From NCBI GenBank assembly GCA_046570105.1, contig JBKHVI010000018.1:1-44805 (forward strand): a stretch of DNA of 44,805 bases. Reading direction: 5' to 3'. The stretch comes from Bacteriovoracia bacterium (lineage in GTDB: Bacteria > Bdellovibrionota > Bacteriovoracia > Bacteriovoracales > Bacteriovoracaceae). Position numbers and translations under genes: made by a program. This document shows positions 8,295-19,122 of the stretch, one piece after another; within the stretch, counting starts at the first letter, position 1; each line of letters opens with the position of its first letter. The notes beneath the pieces were generated by a model. The model was given only the letters and a program-made list of their open reading frames with translations. It made no database searches and was not told where the DNA came from.

Positions 8295-10859
8295 ATGGCC
8301 AAAGAAAAAAAGACAATGAAAGCAAATTCTGATGCTCACTTTTTAGGTGAGATTCCATCAGAAGTCGTCATCATTCCAATTGTGAACAGTCCGATTTTTC
8401 CGGGAATGATTGCGCCAATTATTCTATCTGAAGATAAATATACTTCTGAGCTTGATACCTACTTGGCCCGTCATAATTACATCGCCTTGAATCTAGTAAA
8501 ATTCAAAGATGGTGGAACATCTTTTGAAGACGGTGACTTTGAAGATGATGAAGACGAAGTTGAAGAGCATGACACGCAAGGTGCCCCGGAAGCTGTTAAC
8601 AAATCACTCACACCACATGATATTTATAAAGTCGGTGTACTCTGCAAGATTGTTAAGAAGCTCAAGCTACCAGATGGCAGTGTAAACTTACTTGTCCATG
8701 GTATGCGTCGCTACCGAGCAGTTGAGTATACTGGTGATGCTCCTCTCCTCTTGTGTCGCCCAGAAGTCTTCAGCGATATTCATGAACCTGATGAAGAACT
8801 TGATGCCTATACACGCTCAGTAATTAATCAGGTTAAAAAATTGAGTGAGATCAATCCCTACTTCAATGAAGAAATGAAGTTGGCGATGTTGAATTCGCCA
8901 TCACCAGGAAGTTTAGCTGACCTTGTTGCCTTCGCCCTTTCACTTGATGTTCCAGAGGCCCAGGATTTTCTAGAGACTCTTGTTGTAAAAAAACGCTTCG
9001 CTAAACTGCTTGTTTATTTGAAGCGTGAAAAAGATGTTGCTGACATTCAAAAGAAAATTACAGATGAAGTGAACGACAAAGTGAACAAGTACCAACGTGA
9101 GTACTTCTTGCGCGAGCAACTAAAAGTAATTCGCAACGAACTTGGCATGGATGAAGACGAAAAAGCCAAGGACATGAAGAAACTTCGAGAAGGCATCGAA
9201 GCTGCGGGTCTAACCGAAGATGCTAAAAAAGTTGCTTTTGAAGAACTTGATCGTCTTGAATCAATTCCGGATAGCTCCCCAGAATACAACGTAACTAGAA
9301 CTTACCTTCAATGGATGGTTCAGCTTCCATGGAGCAAGCACTCAGAAGATTCAGTCGATATCCCATCTGCTCGCAAAATGTTGGAGAAGGATCACTACGG
9401 TCTAGAAAAAGCCAAAGAGCGTATTTTAGAATTCTTAGCCGTGAGAAAGTTGAAGCCTGAATATGATGGCACAATTCTTTGTCTCTCGGGGCCTCCAGGT
9501 GTAGGTAAAACCTCACTCGGCCAAAGTATTGCCCATGCACTTGGAAGAAAGTTCTATCGCTTCTCTCTGGGTGGTATGCGTGATGAGGCAGAAATCAAGG
9601 GGCATCGTCGAACATATGTCGGTGCCATGCCAGGCAAAGTTATTCAGGCCCTCAAGCGTGTTGAAGTAAACAATCCAGTTATCATGCTTGATGAGATTGA
9701 TAAGCTTGGAAAAAGTTATCAAGGTGACCCAGCTTCCGCGCTTCTTGAAGTGCTTGATCCAGAACAGAATAAAACGTTCATCGATAACTATCTCGATGTG
9801 CCGTTTGATCTTTCAAAAGTACTTTTCATTGCAACGGCTAACTATGTGGGAGAAATTCCTGAAGCGTTGCTTGACCGTATGGAGCTCATTGAGATCGCAG
9901 GTTATACATTGGAAGAGAAGCTTTCTATTGTAACGAAATGGGTAATTCCAAAACAGCTTAAGAAGCATGGTCTTACCACTAAAGACTTAAAGCTCTCAGC
10001 AGCTGTCTTAAAAGCGCTGATTTCTGATTATGCTCGCGAGCCAGGTGTCCGTGTGATGGAGCAATTAATCGCAAAACTATGCCGTCGTGCTGCTCTTGAG
10101 AGAGTCTCGAGTAAAAAACGTGGTGCCTATACACCGACACCTGTTGATCTTGAAAAGATTCTTGGTAGCAAGCGTTTCGAAACCGACAAAGCTGAAAAGC
10201 CACTCATGCCTGGTATTGTTACTGGTCTTGCTTGGACAGCCTTTGGCGGAGACATTCTTTTTATCGAGTCAATTCCACTTAAAGGTAAGGGTTTCAAACT
10301 TACCGGCCAGTTGGGTGACGTGATGAATGAATCGGCTAATCTTGCTTACAGCTTTGTTAAGAAGATGTTGCAGGAAGAAATCGATGTGCAAAAAGCCAAA
10401 GATGTTAAAAAACTTCCTAAGAAAACTGGCAGAATGATTACGGTACCGGCCAATCCGGCAGAAGTGATTAAGCACACTCCGCCAATTCTTGCTGAAGAAG
10501 CAACTGACTTCTTGGCGACACACGAGATTCACCTACACCTTCCAGCTGGAGCTACGCCCAAAGATGGCCCATCAGCAGGTATTACTATGGCGCTTGCACT
10601 CTATAGTCTTGCAACCAAGAAGAAAGTGCGCGGCGATGTCGCTATGACTGGAGAGCTGTCACTGACAGGTAAAGTTCTTCCGGTGGGGGGTATTAAGGAA
10701 AAAGTTTTGGCAGCCAAGCGTGCAGGCATTAAAGAAATTATTCTTCCATGGCAAAACGAAAAAGATCTTAAAGAAGTTCCTGAGCGTCACCGCAAAGGAA
10801 TGAAGTTCTATCCGGTACGACATTTTGAAGAAGTTGTGAAAATTGCACTAAGAAAATAG
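8295..10859 (+). CDS. lon: ATP-dependent Lon protease (LonA)
   Basis: [34 protein letters not shown], catalytic [16 protein letters not shown]. Confidence 0.98.
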   Translation: MAKEKKTMKANSDAHFLGEIPSEVVIIPIVNSPIFPGMIAPIILSEDKYTSELDTYLARHNYIALNLVKFKDGGTSFEDGDFEDDEDEVEEHDTQGAPEAVNKSLTPHDIYKVGVLCKIVKKLKLPDGSVNLLVHGMRRYRAVEYTGDAPLLLCRPEVFSDIHEPDEELDAYTRSVINQVKKLSEINPYFNEEMKLAMLNSPSPGSLADLVAFALSLDVPEAQDFLETLVVKKRFAKLLVYLKREKDVADIQKKITDEVNDKVNKYQREYFLREQLKVIRNELGMDEDEKAKDMKKLREGIEAAGLTEDAKKVAFEELDRLESIPDSSPEYNVTRTYLQWMVQLPWSKHSEDSVDIPSARKMLEKDHYGLEKAKERILEFLAVRKLKPEYDGTILCLSGPPGVGKTSLGQSIAHALGRKFYRFSLGGMRDEAEIKGHRRTYVGAMPGKVIQALKRVEVNNPVIMLDEIDKLGKSYQGDPASALLEVLDPEQNKTFIDNYLDVPFDLSKVLFIATANYVGEIPEALLDRMELIEIAGYTLEEKLSIVTKWVIPKQLKKHGLTTKDLKLSAAVLKALISDYAREPGVRVMEQLIAKLCRRAALERVSSKKRGAYTPTPVDLEKILGSKRFETDKAEKPLMPGIVTGLAWTAFGGDILFIESIPLKGKGFKLTGQLGDVMNESANLAYSFVKKMLQEEIDVQKAKDVKKLPKKTGRMITVPANPAEVIKHTPPILAEEATDFLATHEIHLHLPAGATPKDGPSAGITMALALYSLATKKKVRGDVAMTGELSLTGKVLPVGGIKEKVLAAKRAGIKEIILPWQNEKDLKEVPERHRKGMKFYPVRHFEEVVKIALRK

Positions 10860-10877
10860 AATAAAATGGGTCATGCT

Positions 10878-12620
10878 TTATTTAAAGTATGGCCCATTTT
10901 CAATAAGTGCTAAAAGCTCTTCAAGTCTAACGTCTGATCCTTTTGACTCAATTTCTGATTTAAGTGAACTATCTTGTTCACCAAAATATGCGACTCTGAT
11001 AGCGCGAATTCTTAACTCTCGATAGTATTCTTTTTCTTGAGGCAATCTGGTTGCAAGGCAGTCAGATGAAGCTTTTTTATATGATTGTATTAAGCTTTTA
11101 TAGGAACGAGGGTTCTGCCTAGCAACCTTGAGCTGAACAGAGCCAAAATCTTCAATAAGGCATGGGCTTAGGCTTTTATCTGATAAGGACAAAAGTTTAT
11201 TTTGAATAACATTATTAAAAACGTTCCGAATTGGTGGAGTCATCAAATTGTCAGAGTGAATAATAGACTTTATTTCACTTAAATCTTTATAAGTGATTAC
11301 TTCTTTAGAATATAAACTTTTAAGGGAAACAATAGATTGAATAAGAGTTGTGTTGAGATTAGGGCACTTTCTTAATGATTCCAAAGTGTAGTTAACGGAA
11401 TTAATATCATTTCTCAGGAAAAATTGACCGGCGATATAAAACGAAAGATAGGATAAGTTGCAAGTGTGACTTACCTCTTCTCTTGCCCAGCTTCTAAAGT
11501 TGCGGACGTCATAAGATCTACTGAAAATCAAAACAGCAAAAGAGCTTATTAAAACACTAGCAATCCATTTTATGAATAATTTCGTAGGCCAGTGAATCAG
11601 CATCATCGATAAGGCGATAAACAAAATAGGAAAGAATGTTCTATGCTCAAAAATCGTATGAATGATGGGGAAAAAAGATGATTCTGGCAGAAACGAAAGA
11701 GAAATAGATAGTAGAGCTAATTTTAGAAGTCTGTTCTTAACGAGATAGAGGATTAGAAGGTTTAGTGTGACCAATAAGAACCAAAAAATGAGACCGAGAT
11801 AAAACGGGGATTGAGGATTAATCACAATGTCATGATTAAATTTTAAACCGACGGGATAAATAATCAGCTTGAAATAGAGTGGAATGACTTTGCCTTGAAT
11901 CAAAAAATAATCGAAGGGTGAGATAGCACCTTCAGCTTGTTGTGAGTTAAAGCCACCAATTTTGTAGAAGCAAATCGGAATAAGAATGGCTAAAAAGAAA
12001 GGGATTAGACTTTTGAGTTTGTTTTTCTCATAAAAACTAACAATTAGAATGACCCAGAATCCAAGAAAAAAGATGACGTTAGGCTTTGAAAGGAGTGCGA
12101 GTCCCCAAAGGACAATTGCATAACACCAATAGCGACTCTTAATTTCAAACTTGGATTTAATCAGAAAGTAAGTTGCTAAGACAGAACCTAGCCCGGCGAT
12201 CAATATACCTCTTTGTACAATATGACCCACCGTCTGCGTATGAAGTGGATGAAGCGCAAATAGGATTGCCACTGTGCAAAGAACCCATTCTTTGGTTTTA
12301 TCTCCTTGAAGCTCTAGCATAACCACGGCTAGCTTTCGAATAAAGACTGAGATTAATGACAACAATAAAATGTTAACAAATCGGAGAGCACCAAATGGAA
12401 GCTGAAGAATGTTATGTTCAAACCAAATTGAAGTTATGAGAAGCGGTCGATCCGCTAGTTCAGTACTTAATACTTGTGAAAACGTCAGTCCAGAAAGTTC
12501 AGCAATTCGCCATATGTCATCCCCCAGCAACTCACTATTCATGAGCTGAGGGAAATAACAAATGGTGAGGAGCGCTAAAATGATAAAGAACAGAGCAGAG
12601 TTAGAGAGATGTCGATTCAT
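10878..12620 (-). CDS. Polytopic GT-C-fold membrane glycosyltransferase, TMTC-like
   Basis: DD in the first loop (LLGDD), RP, FALHPLHTQTV..I.QR, ALLSK, PESS..IFEHRTFFP; many hydrophobic segments and a soluble C-terminal tail. Confidence 0.7.
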   Translation of the reverse strand: MNRHLSNSALFFIILALLTICYFPQLMNSELLGDDIWRIAELSGLTFSQVLSTELADRPLLITSIWFEHNILQLPFGALRFVNILLLSLISVFIRKLAVVMLELQGDKTKEWVLCTVAILFALHPLHTQTVGHIVQRGILIAGLGSVLATYFLIKSKFEIKSRYWCYAIVLWGLALLSKPNVIFFLGFWVILIVSFYEKNKLKSLIPFFLAILIPICFYKIGGFNSQQAEGAISPFDYFLIQGKVIPLYFKLIIYPVGLKFNHDIVINPQSPFYLGLIFWFLLVTLNLLILYLVKNRLLKLALLSISLSFLPESSFFPIIHTIFEHRTFFPILFIALSMMLIHWPTKLFIKWIASVLISSFAVLIFSRSYDVRNFRSWAREEVSHTCNLSYLSFYIAGQFFLRNDINSVNYTLESLRKCPNLNTTLIQSIVSLKSLYSKEVITYKDLSEIKSIIHSDNLMTPPIRNVFNNVIQNKLLSLSDKSLSPCLIEDFGSVQLKVARQNPRSYKSLIQSYKKASSDCLATRLPQEKEYYRELRIRAIRVAYFGEQDSSLKSEIESKGSDVRLEELLALIENGPYFK

Positions 12621-14340
12621 TATTCGTCCGAGGAATTTTTTTGGATTGGATAAATTCGCTCAAAGCAGCTAGTGTGATTTTTCTTTGTGCTTTAATTTTA
12701 GCCAATGGAATGGGTTCGAAGATCTCATCAGCATATCTTTCTGGCAAAATATGATGTTGAACAATTGCTGTTTCAATTGATTCAATGTCAAAGTCCTTGG
12801 TAGAAATTCGATCATATTTGACTACAGAGTTGCTCCAGTTGAATAACCAAAAATAAAAATGCGACCAATTCGAGTTTGGCTTCTTAAACATAAGAAAAGC
12901 CGCTGAAAAGATAGCGCCTAGTCGTGGCAATGAAACGAAAAAACGTGCAAAACGTTGAGTCGCAAAATAGATGGCGCGTGGATTCTTAAAAATGAGTCTA
13001 AATAATTTTGAAAGGTTGATATAGCTTCCGCGATAATTTTTTCGATTTGTAGCTTTTGAGTCAAAACAATTTAAGAAACTCTCAAAGCGCTTATATTGAA
13101 AGATAGGAGAGTTAAAGGTCTGGGCAAATCGGATATAATCGGAAATTATCCTATTTTTTTCACGTAAATAGCGAATGTTGGTGCTGTATTTATGCCCTCC
13201 AAGTGCGACCTTGCCTGGTCTCAGTCTTCCGGCCAGTTCCATTCTTCGATAGAGAGGTGTGCCGGCAAGTGCGGTAAGGAGTGTCGGATCACCGGAGATT
13301 AAGCCTGAATCAGTAATGCCTTTGAGAGCAACATCAATAACATTGTCTTCATCTGTATCAAATCCAAAAATCAACCCTGCAACAACAATAATTCCATAAG
13401 AGTGAATTGTGCGTATGGATTTTTCTATGGAAAGTTTGGTGTTTTGTATTTTGGCTGTTTCTAGTAGTTGTGATTCACTGAAGCTCTCGACCCCAATAAA
13501 GAACATGTCAAAACCACACCTCTTCATCTTTTCCATTAATTTGGTATTCGTAGAAATATTGATGGTCAACCATGTGTAAAAAACGGGTCGAAAACCAGTT
13601 TCATTTTGAAATTTCAGGATGGCATCGATAAGTTCGTTCGCCCAATTAGGATCGCCAATAAAATTATCGCAAGCGAAGAGTATGTTTGTGATACCTAGCT
13701 TATGAAAATTCTGGAGGTCAGCAAGAATCGATGTAATGCTTTTGTTATGGGCCCTATTATTATCCGGCAGTGTGCGAATATCACAAAATTCACAAAGGAA
13801 AGGGCAACCGCGAGAGACCTCAATCACTCCCCCGTAGTAATCCTGGTAACTTTGTGACAGCAAAGCAAAGTCGAGTTCACGAGCATCTGCTAGTTTAAAA
13901 CGCTGAGAGCATTTGTATATCAGTTGCCTCGATCGACTTTTGTCACATAGCTGGGTGATGAATGTGGAAATTTCCTTTTCACCATCGCCGATATATATGC
14001 CATCAAAAGATTTGAGTTCATTTAATCGTTGAGTTTGGAACAGTGAAAAGGTTGCTGGTCCTCCAATTGCATGTAGGGATTCGGGAAACCTCGAACGTAG
14101 CTTGTTGGCGATTGCAATATTCGCCATGATGTCTTGGTTGAGAGCACTATAAAAGTAAATATCTGCCTTTGGGATTTTCTTTTCAGACTTTATGCGGGTG
14201 TCATGAAGACTAATCTCAAATTTATTGTTATCCCTGAGATAGGAGGTAAGAGTATAGGCCCACACTGGCATATAGCGAATGCCAAACATCTGACTTTTCT
14301 CAATTTCTGGATTTACCACGACAACGAAGCAAATCTTCAT
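12601..14340 (-). CDS. B12-binding radical SAM protein (HpnP/DUF4070-like)
   Basis: SRGCPFLCEFCDI (CxxxCxxC), DNFIG, FIGVES, GLIFGFD, GTPLY; N-terminal cobalamin-binding-like region with IGGP. Confidence 0.88.
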   Translation of the reverse strand: MKICFVVVVNPEIEKSQMFGIRYMPVWAYTLTSYLRDNNKFEISLHDTRIKSEKKIPKADIYFYSALNQDIMANIAIANKLRSRFPESLHAIGGPATFSLFQTQRLNELKSFDGIYIGDGEKEISTFITQLCDKSRSRQLIYKCSQRFKLADARELDFALLSQSYQDYYGGVIEVSRGCPFLCEFCDIRTLPDNNRAHNKSITSILADLQNFHKLGITNILFACDNFIGDPNWANELIDAILKFQNETGFRPVFYTWLTINISTNTKLMEKMKRCGFDMFFIGVESFSESQLLETAKIQNTKLSIEKSIRTIHSYGIIVVAGLIFGFDTDEDNVIDVALKGITDSGLISGDPTLLTALAGTPLYRRMELAGRLRPGKVALGGHKYSTNIRYLREKNRIISDYIRFAQTFNSPIFQYKRFESFLNCFDSKATNRKNYRGSYINLSKLFRLIFKNPRAIYFATQRFARFFVSLPRLGAIFSAAFLMFKKPNSNWSHFYFWLFNWSNSVVKYDRISTKDFDIESIETAIVQHHILPERYADEIFEPIPLAKIKAQRKITLAALSEFIQSKKIPRTNNESTSL

Positions 14341-15056
14341 TTCTCTCCTGACTTAAGAGTGGATGAAACAAGAAGCGTCTTTAGTATTTGGTAAGAGTCT
14401 CGCCAAATTTTAAAACGAGTGTCCTGGTTGTTTGAGAAGTAGATCGTAGAAATAGAAATTTCGATGGGTTTTAAGTTTGATCGTAAAAGATGAATGAGAC
14501 TCGAAGTTTCAAAACTAAATCGGTTGCCTTTGATATGCAGCAGATTTGTAGCAATGTTTCGATCGTAACAGCGTAATCCAGTTTGAGAGTCAGTGATACG
14601 TGTAAGAAGCATGAGTGAAAGTAAGCGATTTACAATAAGATTTCCAATCAGGCTTTTAAATGGAGTATGTAAATCAAAATTGCGTACGCCAAGAATGAAG
14701 GGGCACTTGTGGTTTATCGCATACTGAGCAACCTTTAGAATGTCTTGCGGTGAATGTTGACCATCATCATCGCAACACAAAATATGAGATGCGCTATTAA
14801 CCTGCTCGAGAATAAATTTGATTCCTTTTTTAAGGGCATCGCCCTTGCCCATATTTTGATGGCTATGGATAATTAAGCATCCCGAGGATTTTGCTTCTTC
14901 AAAGATCGGATCATAAGAGGCAGGACTGCCATCGTTAACGACGACAATAGGAGTGAGTTTTTTTTCTTTCAAGGATTTTACAAGTTGAATCAATTTGTCG
15001 CTAGGACAAAAGGACGGGATAACTATGACAATATTTTTAAATTCGAGATGCTCCAT
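14337..15056 (-). CDS. Glycosyltransferase family 2 (polyprenol-phosphate glycosyltransferase/DPM1-like)
   Basis: IVIPSF, VVNDGS, NMGKGDALK, CDDDGQH, TDSQTGLR, RFSFET. Confidence 0.9.
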   Translation of the reverse strand: MEHLEFKNIVIVIPSFCPSDKLIQLVKSLKEKKLTPIVVVNDGSPASYDPIFEEAKSSGCLIIHSHQNMGKGDALKKGIKFILEQVNSASHILCCDDDGQHSPQDILKVAQYAINHKCPFILGVRNFDLHTPFKSLIGNLIVNRLLSLMLLTRITDSQTGLRCYDRNIATNLLHIKGNRFSFETSSLIHLLRSNLKPIEISISTIYFSNNQDTRFKIWRDSYQILKTLLVSSTLKSGEK

Positions 15057-15079
15057 CTTGTATTAATGATAGTGAAACA

Positions 15080-16522
15080 TTAGAGATGGTCAAACAGCAA
15101 CGTCCCATAAACAAAGTCGATCAGGGATTTATCACTATCAATTTGTGATTCTTTTGTCGGATGAAAGGCTTCCAAAAGGCCCTCTTCAAAGCTTGCTTGT
15201 AAAACGCGAGAAATTTCCTTATCAAACACAACCACCACATTCTCTCCATCCATCGCCTGTGAGCGTGGGTGCATATTGTGGCTACCCATCATAGCGATCT
15301 CTCCATCCACAACCATGTATTTTGAATGAAGTGTGGCACCTTTTTTCAGGTACACCTTAGCTCCATATCCCATTGCTTTGCGGGCGCTGCTGGCGACAAA
15401 GCTGCCTAAGAACGGCATATCTACACTGGTTGCCGAGTTTGTATAGATACGAACTTGAACTCCGCGCTTAATGGCTTTTTTTAGCGCGTCTTTCATCACT
15501 GGATCTAAGATAAAATAGGCATTTTCGATATCTACGGTTTTTTTAGCATCAGCAATAAGCTTGTAGACTGCACTTAAAATATTATGATCGGCTTTGCGAA
15601 GACTTGTGCCTGGGTTGTGATCAATTAACAACATTGGAATGATACCATCTTCAACGACTGGAATTAGATCTAGCTTAGGGAGTTTCGTTGCGAGAGGGTT
15701 TTCAATTATTTGATCGTTCCAGACTTCAGCAAATTGTGCGTGAGCTTGAGCGCCTATCTCTCGGCCTAAAATATAAACGTCAGCATCTTTCCAGAGAACA
15801 TCACCAGCAATATGAGAGTAAGTGTCACCTAAATTTGTTCCACCAAGCATGACGTGCTCGCCATCAACGACCATGAGTTTTCTATGTTGGGCATGTACGC
15901 GATATTGAGGAGTGTGCCAGTGAATGATTTTTACTTTGCCTTCAGACTCTTCTGTGATTTTTTGAAGAACGGCACGATGTCTTTCCATTAAGGCGACTTT
16001 TTGATCGACGATAATGCGAACATCAAGTTCCGGTCTGACTTTGAGACGCTCAAGAATTCTTTCTGCTAGTTTCGTGCCTGTCATGTCGTCATAGACACCC
16101 CAGGTAAGGATATAAATAGATTCTTCGGCGTTATCGATTAATGACCAACGTTTCTCAAATGCAGAAGGCATATCGGTCAGCCAATCTACTCGAGTGGCAG
16201 AAGCAAATCGTGCGTTGGTGATTTTGGCGAGCTCTTCAATGTAGCCGGGGCAGGCGAAATCTTGGCATGCTGATTTTTTTACTTCTGCACGAGCTTTTCT
16301 GCGAAGACCATACCAAGAGAAACGGCTCGCTTTACCCAGCGACCTCCAGGAAAGTCCGTAGCTATCGATATCACCGTATATATAGGTGTCTCCGACCTTG
16401 AGAAGGGCCTTGAGTTTTTCCCAAAAGCTGAGGTCGCGTTGGATGGGGCCATCAGTAGCTGGACCCTTTGCTATCCCCTCAGCTGCGAGGAGCAAGATGA
16501 AAAGCATGAATAGGGTTTTCAT
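15080..16522 (-). CDS. Secreted phospholipase D / cardiolipin synthase-family protein
   Basis: Two HKD motifs (HRKLMVVDG..GGTN, HSKYMVVDG..GSHN); signal peptide from the ATG at 16522. Confidence 0.88.
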   Translation of the reverse strand: MKTLFMLFILLLAAEGIAKGPATDGPIQRDLSFWEKLKALLKVGDTYIYGDIDSYGLSWRSLGKASRFSWYGLRRKARAEVKKSACQDFACPGYIEELAKITNARFASATRVDWLTDMPSAFEKRWSLIDNAEESIYILTWGVYDDMTGTKLAERILERLKVRPELDVRIIVDQKVALMERHRAVLQKITEESEGKVKIIHWHTPQYRVHAQHRKLMVVDGEHVMLGGTNLGDTYSHIAGDVLWKDADVYILGREIGAQAHAQFAEVWNDQIIENPLATKLPKLDLIPVVEDGIIPMLLIDHNPGTSLRKADHNILSAVYKLIADAKKTVDIENAYFILDPVMKDALKKAIKRGVQVRIYTNSATSVDMPFLGSFVASSARKAMGYGAKVYLKKGATLHSKYMVVDGEIAMMGSHNMHPRSQAMDGENVVVVFDKEISRVLQASFEEGLLEAFHPTKESQIDSDKSLIDFVYGTLLFDHL

Positions 16523-16578
16523 AGGGGGCGGAGTGTACTGCGTTCTGGGGGAGAGTGTGGAAAAGTGAAAAAAATACC

Positions 16579-16606
16579 AAAAAAAACCCCTCGATCGAGG
16601 GGTTTT
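16579..16606 (-). terminator. Rho-independent terminator of rpoZ
   Basis: AAAACCCCTCG-AT-CGAGGGGTTTT inverted repeat with a U-tract on the minus strand. Confidence 0.85.
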
Positions 16607-16635
16607 AAATAGCAAAATTGGCTAACTGGTTGATT

Positions 16636-16848
16636 CTAGAATTCGTCTGAATCGTACTCAGCTTGCATAACGTGCTTAACTTTACCGGCAGCAATTTCGC
16701 GAAGAGCAGTCACAACTTCTTTGTTACGTGACTTAACTTCAGCGTCTTGGCCTTCACGAAGCTGCTTCACGCGCTTTGCTGTGAGGTGAACGAGTTCATA
16801 ACGGTTTTCGACATGTTCTAGGCAATCTTCGACGGTGACGCGGGCCAT
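16636..16848 (-). CDS. rpoZ: RNA polymerase omega subunit
   Basis: [27 protein letters not shown]. Confidence 0.97.
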   Translation of the reverse strand: MARVTVEDCLEHVENRYELVHLTAKRVKQLREGQDAEVKSRNKEVVTALREIAAGKVKHVMQAEYDSDEF

Positions 16849-16919
16849 GAGGCACCTCATTTAAAGTAGGGTTGAGAACCCTCATTTTTAGAAGCTTCGG
16901 GCTTTCTTGTCAAAAGAAA

Positions 16920-18734
16920 CTATTGATACATCGCTTCAATGGCATCTTTAAAGTGCTGGGTTACCACTTTTCGCTTAATTTTAAGACTCGGAGTGAGGAA
17001 ATTTTGAGTTCCGAACTCTTCGGGCACAATAGTGAACTTCTTGATTGATTCGAACTGCGCCAAATCTTGGTTAACTGCATCAATATCCGCCTGGATCATC
17101 TCATGAACTTTGGGGTGAGCGATCAGGTCACTCAAGGGACAATCACCTGGCAGACCCAATGCTTCTAGTTGAGAGTGGAAGCGCTCTTTCTCAAGTCCTA
17201 TTAGAACCGTGAGATATTTGCGTTTATCTCCAATCACAACGGCCTGAGAAATCCAGCGCTGGGACTTGAGCATGTTTTCAATTTTTTGAGGGGCGACGTT
17301 TTTACCACCACTCGTGATGATGATGTCTTTCTTGCGGTCGGTGATTTTTAAATATCCTTCCACTGTGAAGTGACCGATGTCGCCTGATCTAAACCAACCG
17401 TCTTCGGTAAAGGCTTCCGCGGTGGCTTCAGGGTTTTGATAATATTCTTTCATCATGGCCTGCGACTTAATCAAAATCTCTCCGTCTTCAGCAAAACGAA
17501 ATTCAACATCGCCCATGGGCTTGCCTACAGTTCCTGGAACCTGACGAGTGAGTGGATTAAGTGAGCAGGGAGCAATTGTTTCGGTAAGGCCGTAGCCTTC
17601 TAGGACAGTGAGATTAGCGTAGCGGAGAAAACGAATAATATCGGGTGAGAGTGGTGCACCACCTGATACGAAGTAGCGAATCTTTCCGCCAAACTTTTGA
17701 TAGATCTGTGAGAAGACGACTTTTTGAGCAGCTTTGTAGGCGAGGAGCTCGCCAGATCCGGGAGAGCGATCAGCATCGATCTTGGTGTAATAGGCTTCAC
17801 CAGCTGCGACGGCTAATTTGAAAGCTTGCTGTTTCCAAAGAGGGCCTGCCATAACTTGTTCGTTGATCTTTGAATAAATTTTTTCAAAGATACGCGGTAC
17901 TGCGAGCATGATGGTTGGACGCACGAGCATAAGATTGTCTGTGATTTTATCAAGGCCTTCAGAGTAAACACTTTGCCAGCCAAATACGAGTGGCAGGAGT
18001 GAGTCACAACGTCCCAATACATGGGAGAGTGGCAAGAAGGTGAGCGTGCGATCATTAGCACCAAAGGCACCTTTAATAAAACTTTGTACATTTGAAAGCA
18101 TGGTAGTGAAGCCATGATGAGTAATCACTGCACCCTTGGGTTCACCGGTTGTGCCAGAAGTATAAATGATGGAAGCTACTTCATCGGGCTTGAGTTGCTT
18201 AATGCCTTCTTCGAATTGATCAGGATGAGCTTTAAGTTCTTCTGAGCCATCCTTAAGAAGTTCACGAAATGTGACATAGGAAACATGATTTCTAAATTTC
18301 TTTTTCGTTTCTTCTGATAGCTCGTTTAAGGCGATAACTAAATTCAGTGCACTCATTTCACCAAGGTGTGGAATGATTTTTTCCATTTGAGCATCGTTCT
18401 CAATAACGAGAACTTTCGCACCTGAATGATTGAAGATGTATTTTATCTCGTGACCTAAATAGCTTGGGTAAACAGGAACAACTACTGCGCGTGCACACAT
18501 AACCGCCATGTCACAAAGATGCCACTCTTTAGAAGTTTGCGCGAGGATCGCGACTTTATCTCCCACCGCCATACCGTGCTTTTGAAGTGCGAGAGCGAGT
18601 TGTTCAATTTGAATCTTATAATTTTTAAAGCTGAGTGATTTCACTTCCTGTGATTCAATCCAGCCGATGGCAGGAGATTCACTATCAAGTTGAACACGTT
18701 TAAGAAGCAAATGGCCTAATGTGCGCTCTTTCAT
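16920..18734 (-). CDS. Long-chain fatty acid-CoA ligase (AMP-binding)
   Basis: IIYTSGTTGEPKG, FLPLSH, EGYGLTET, GWFRSGDIG, ITDRKKD, TPSLKIKR; likely start ATG 18734. Confidence 0.93.
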   Translation of the reverse strand: MKERTLGHLLLKRVQLDSESPAIGWIESQEVKSLSFKNYKIQIEQLALALQKHGMAVGDKVAILAQTSKEWHLCDMAVMCARAVVVPVYPSYLGHEIKYIFNHSGAKVLVIENDAQMEKIIPHLGEMSALNLVIALNELSEETKKKFRNHVSYVTFRELLKDGSEELKAHPDQFEEGIKQLKPDEVASIIYTSGTTGEPKGAVITHHGFTTMLSNVQSFIKGAFGANDRTLTFLPLSHVLGRCDSLLPLVFGWQSVYSEGLDKITDNLMLVRPTIMLAVPRIFEKIYSKINEQVMAGPLWKQQAFKLAVAAGEAYYTKIDADRSPGSGELLAYKAAQKVVFSQIYQKFGGKIRYFVSGGAPLSPDIIRFLRYANLTVLEGYGLTETIAPCSLNPLTRQVPGTVGKPMGDVEFRFAEDGEILIKSQAMMKEYYQNPEATAEAFTEDGWFRSGDIGHFTVEGYLKITDRKKDIIITSGGKNVAPQKIENMLKSQRWISQAVVIGDKRKYLTVLIGLEKERFHSQLEALGLPGDCPLSDLIAHPKVHEMIQADIDAVNQDLAQFESIKKFTIVPEEFGTQNFLTPSLKIKRKVVTQHFKDAIEAMYQ

Positions 18735-18855
18735 GAGACGTCCCTTTTTTTCCACGGGGATGGGTAATTTTAGCTTTACGAGTCTTTCTAGTTTAAATGA
18801 TTTCACCCCTTTGTCTCAAGTAGAGGTTGGTATTTCCCTTGCAGTCTTATGGGTC

Positions 18856-19122
18856 ATGAAAAACATCATCATTGTATCGCGTTGTTTAAGTTGTTGGCCC
18901 TCTGAGGGGGATCCAACTCATTCTATAGGACATTTCTCTTTCCGAGGCTTCTACGCGGGAACAGAGATAGCCTCAATGGAGCTCAGGGCGCCCCTGGGGA
19001 CTACCTGGAGGAAAGGGGAGGACTATCTCATGTTTGTGAAAATTAAAAAGCTCTCAGGAAGAGAGCTTTTTGGTGATGTACTGAGAGCACGTCTTTTATC
19101 AGAAATTATGATGCAGGACTAG
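18856..19122 (+). CDS. Small hypothetical protein (88 aa)
   Basis: Fills the gap between the acyl-CoA ligase and the next gene; its stop overlaps the convergent gene's stop; no recognisable motif. Confidence 0.5.
   Translation: MKNIIIVSRCLSCWPSEGDPTHSIGHFSFRGFYAGTEIASMELRAPLGTTWRKGEDYLMFVKIKKLSGRELFGDVLRARLLSEIMMQD

Noticed and set aside
12601..14340. Naming the radical SAM gene hpnP
   Set aside because: Family resemblance only; no hopanoid genes in the window.
10860..15080. AT-rich cassette as a defined mobile element
   Set aside because: No integrase, transposase, tRNA or flanking direct repeats seen; only composition suggests acquisition.
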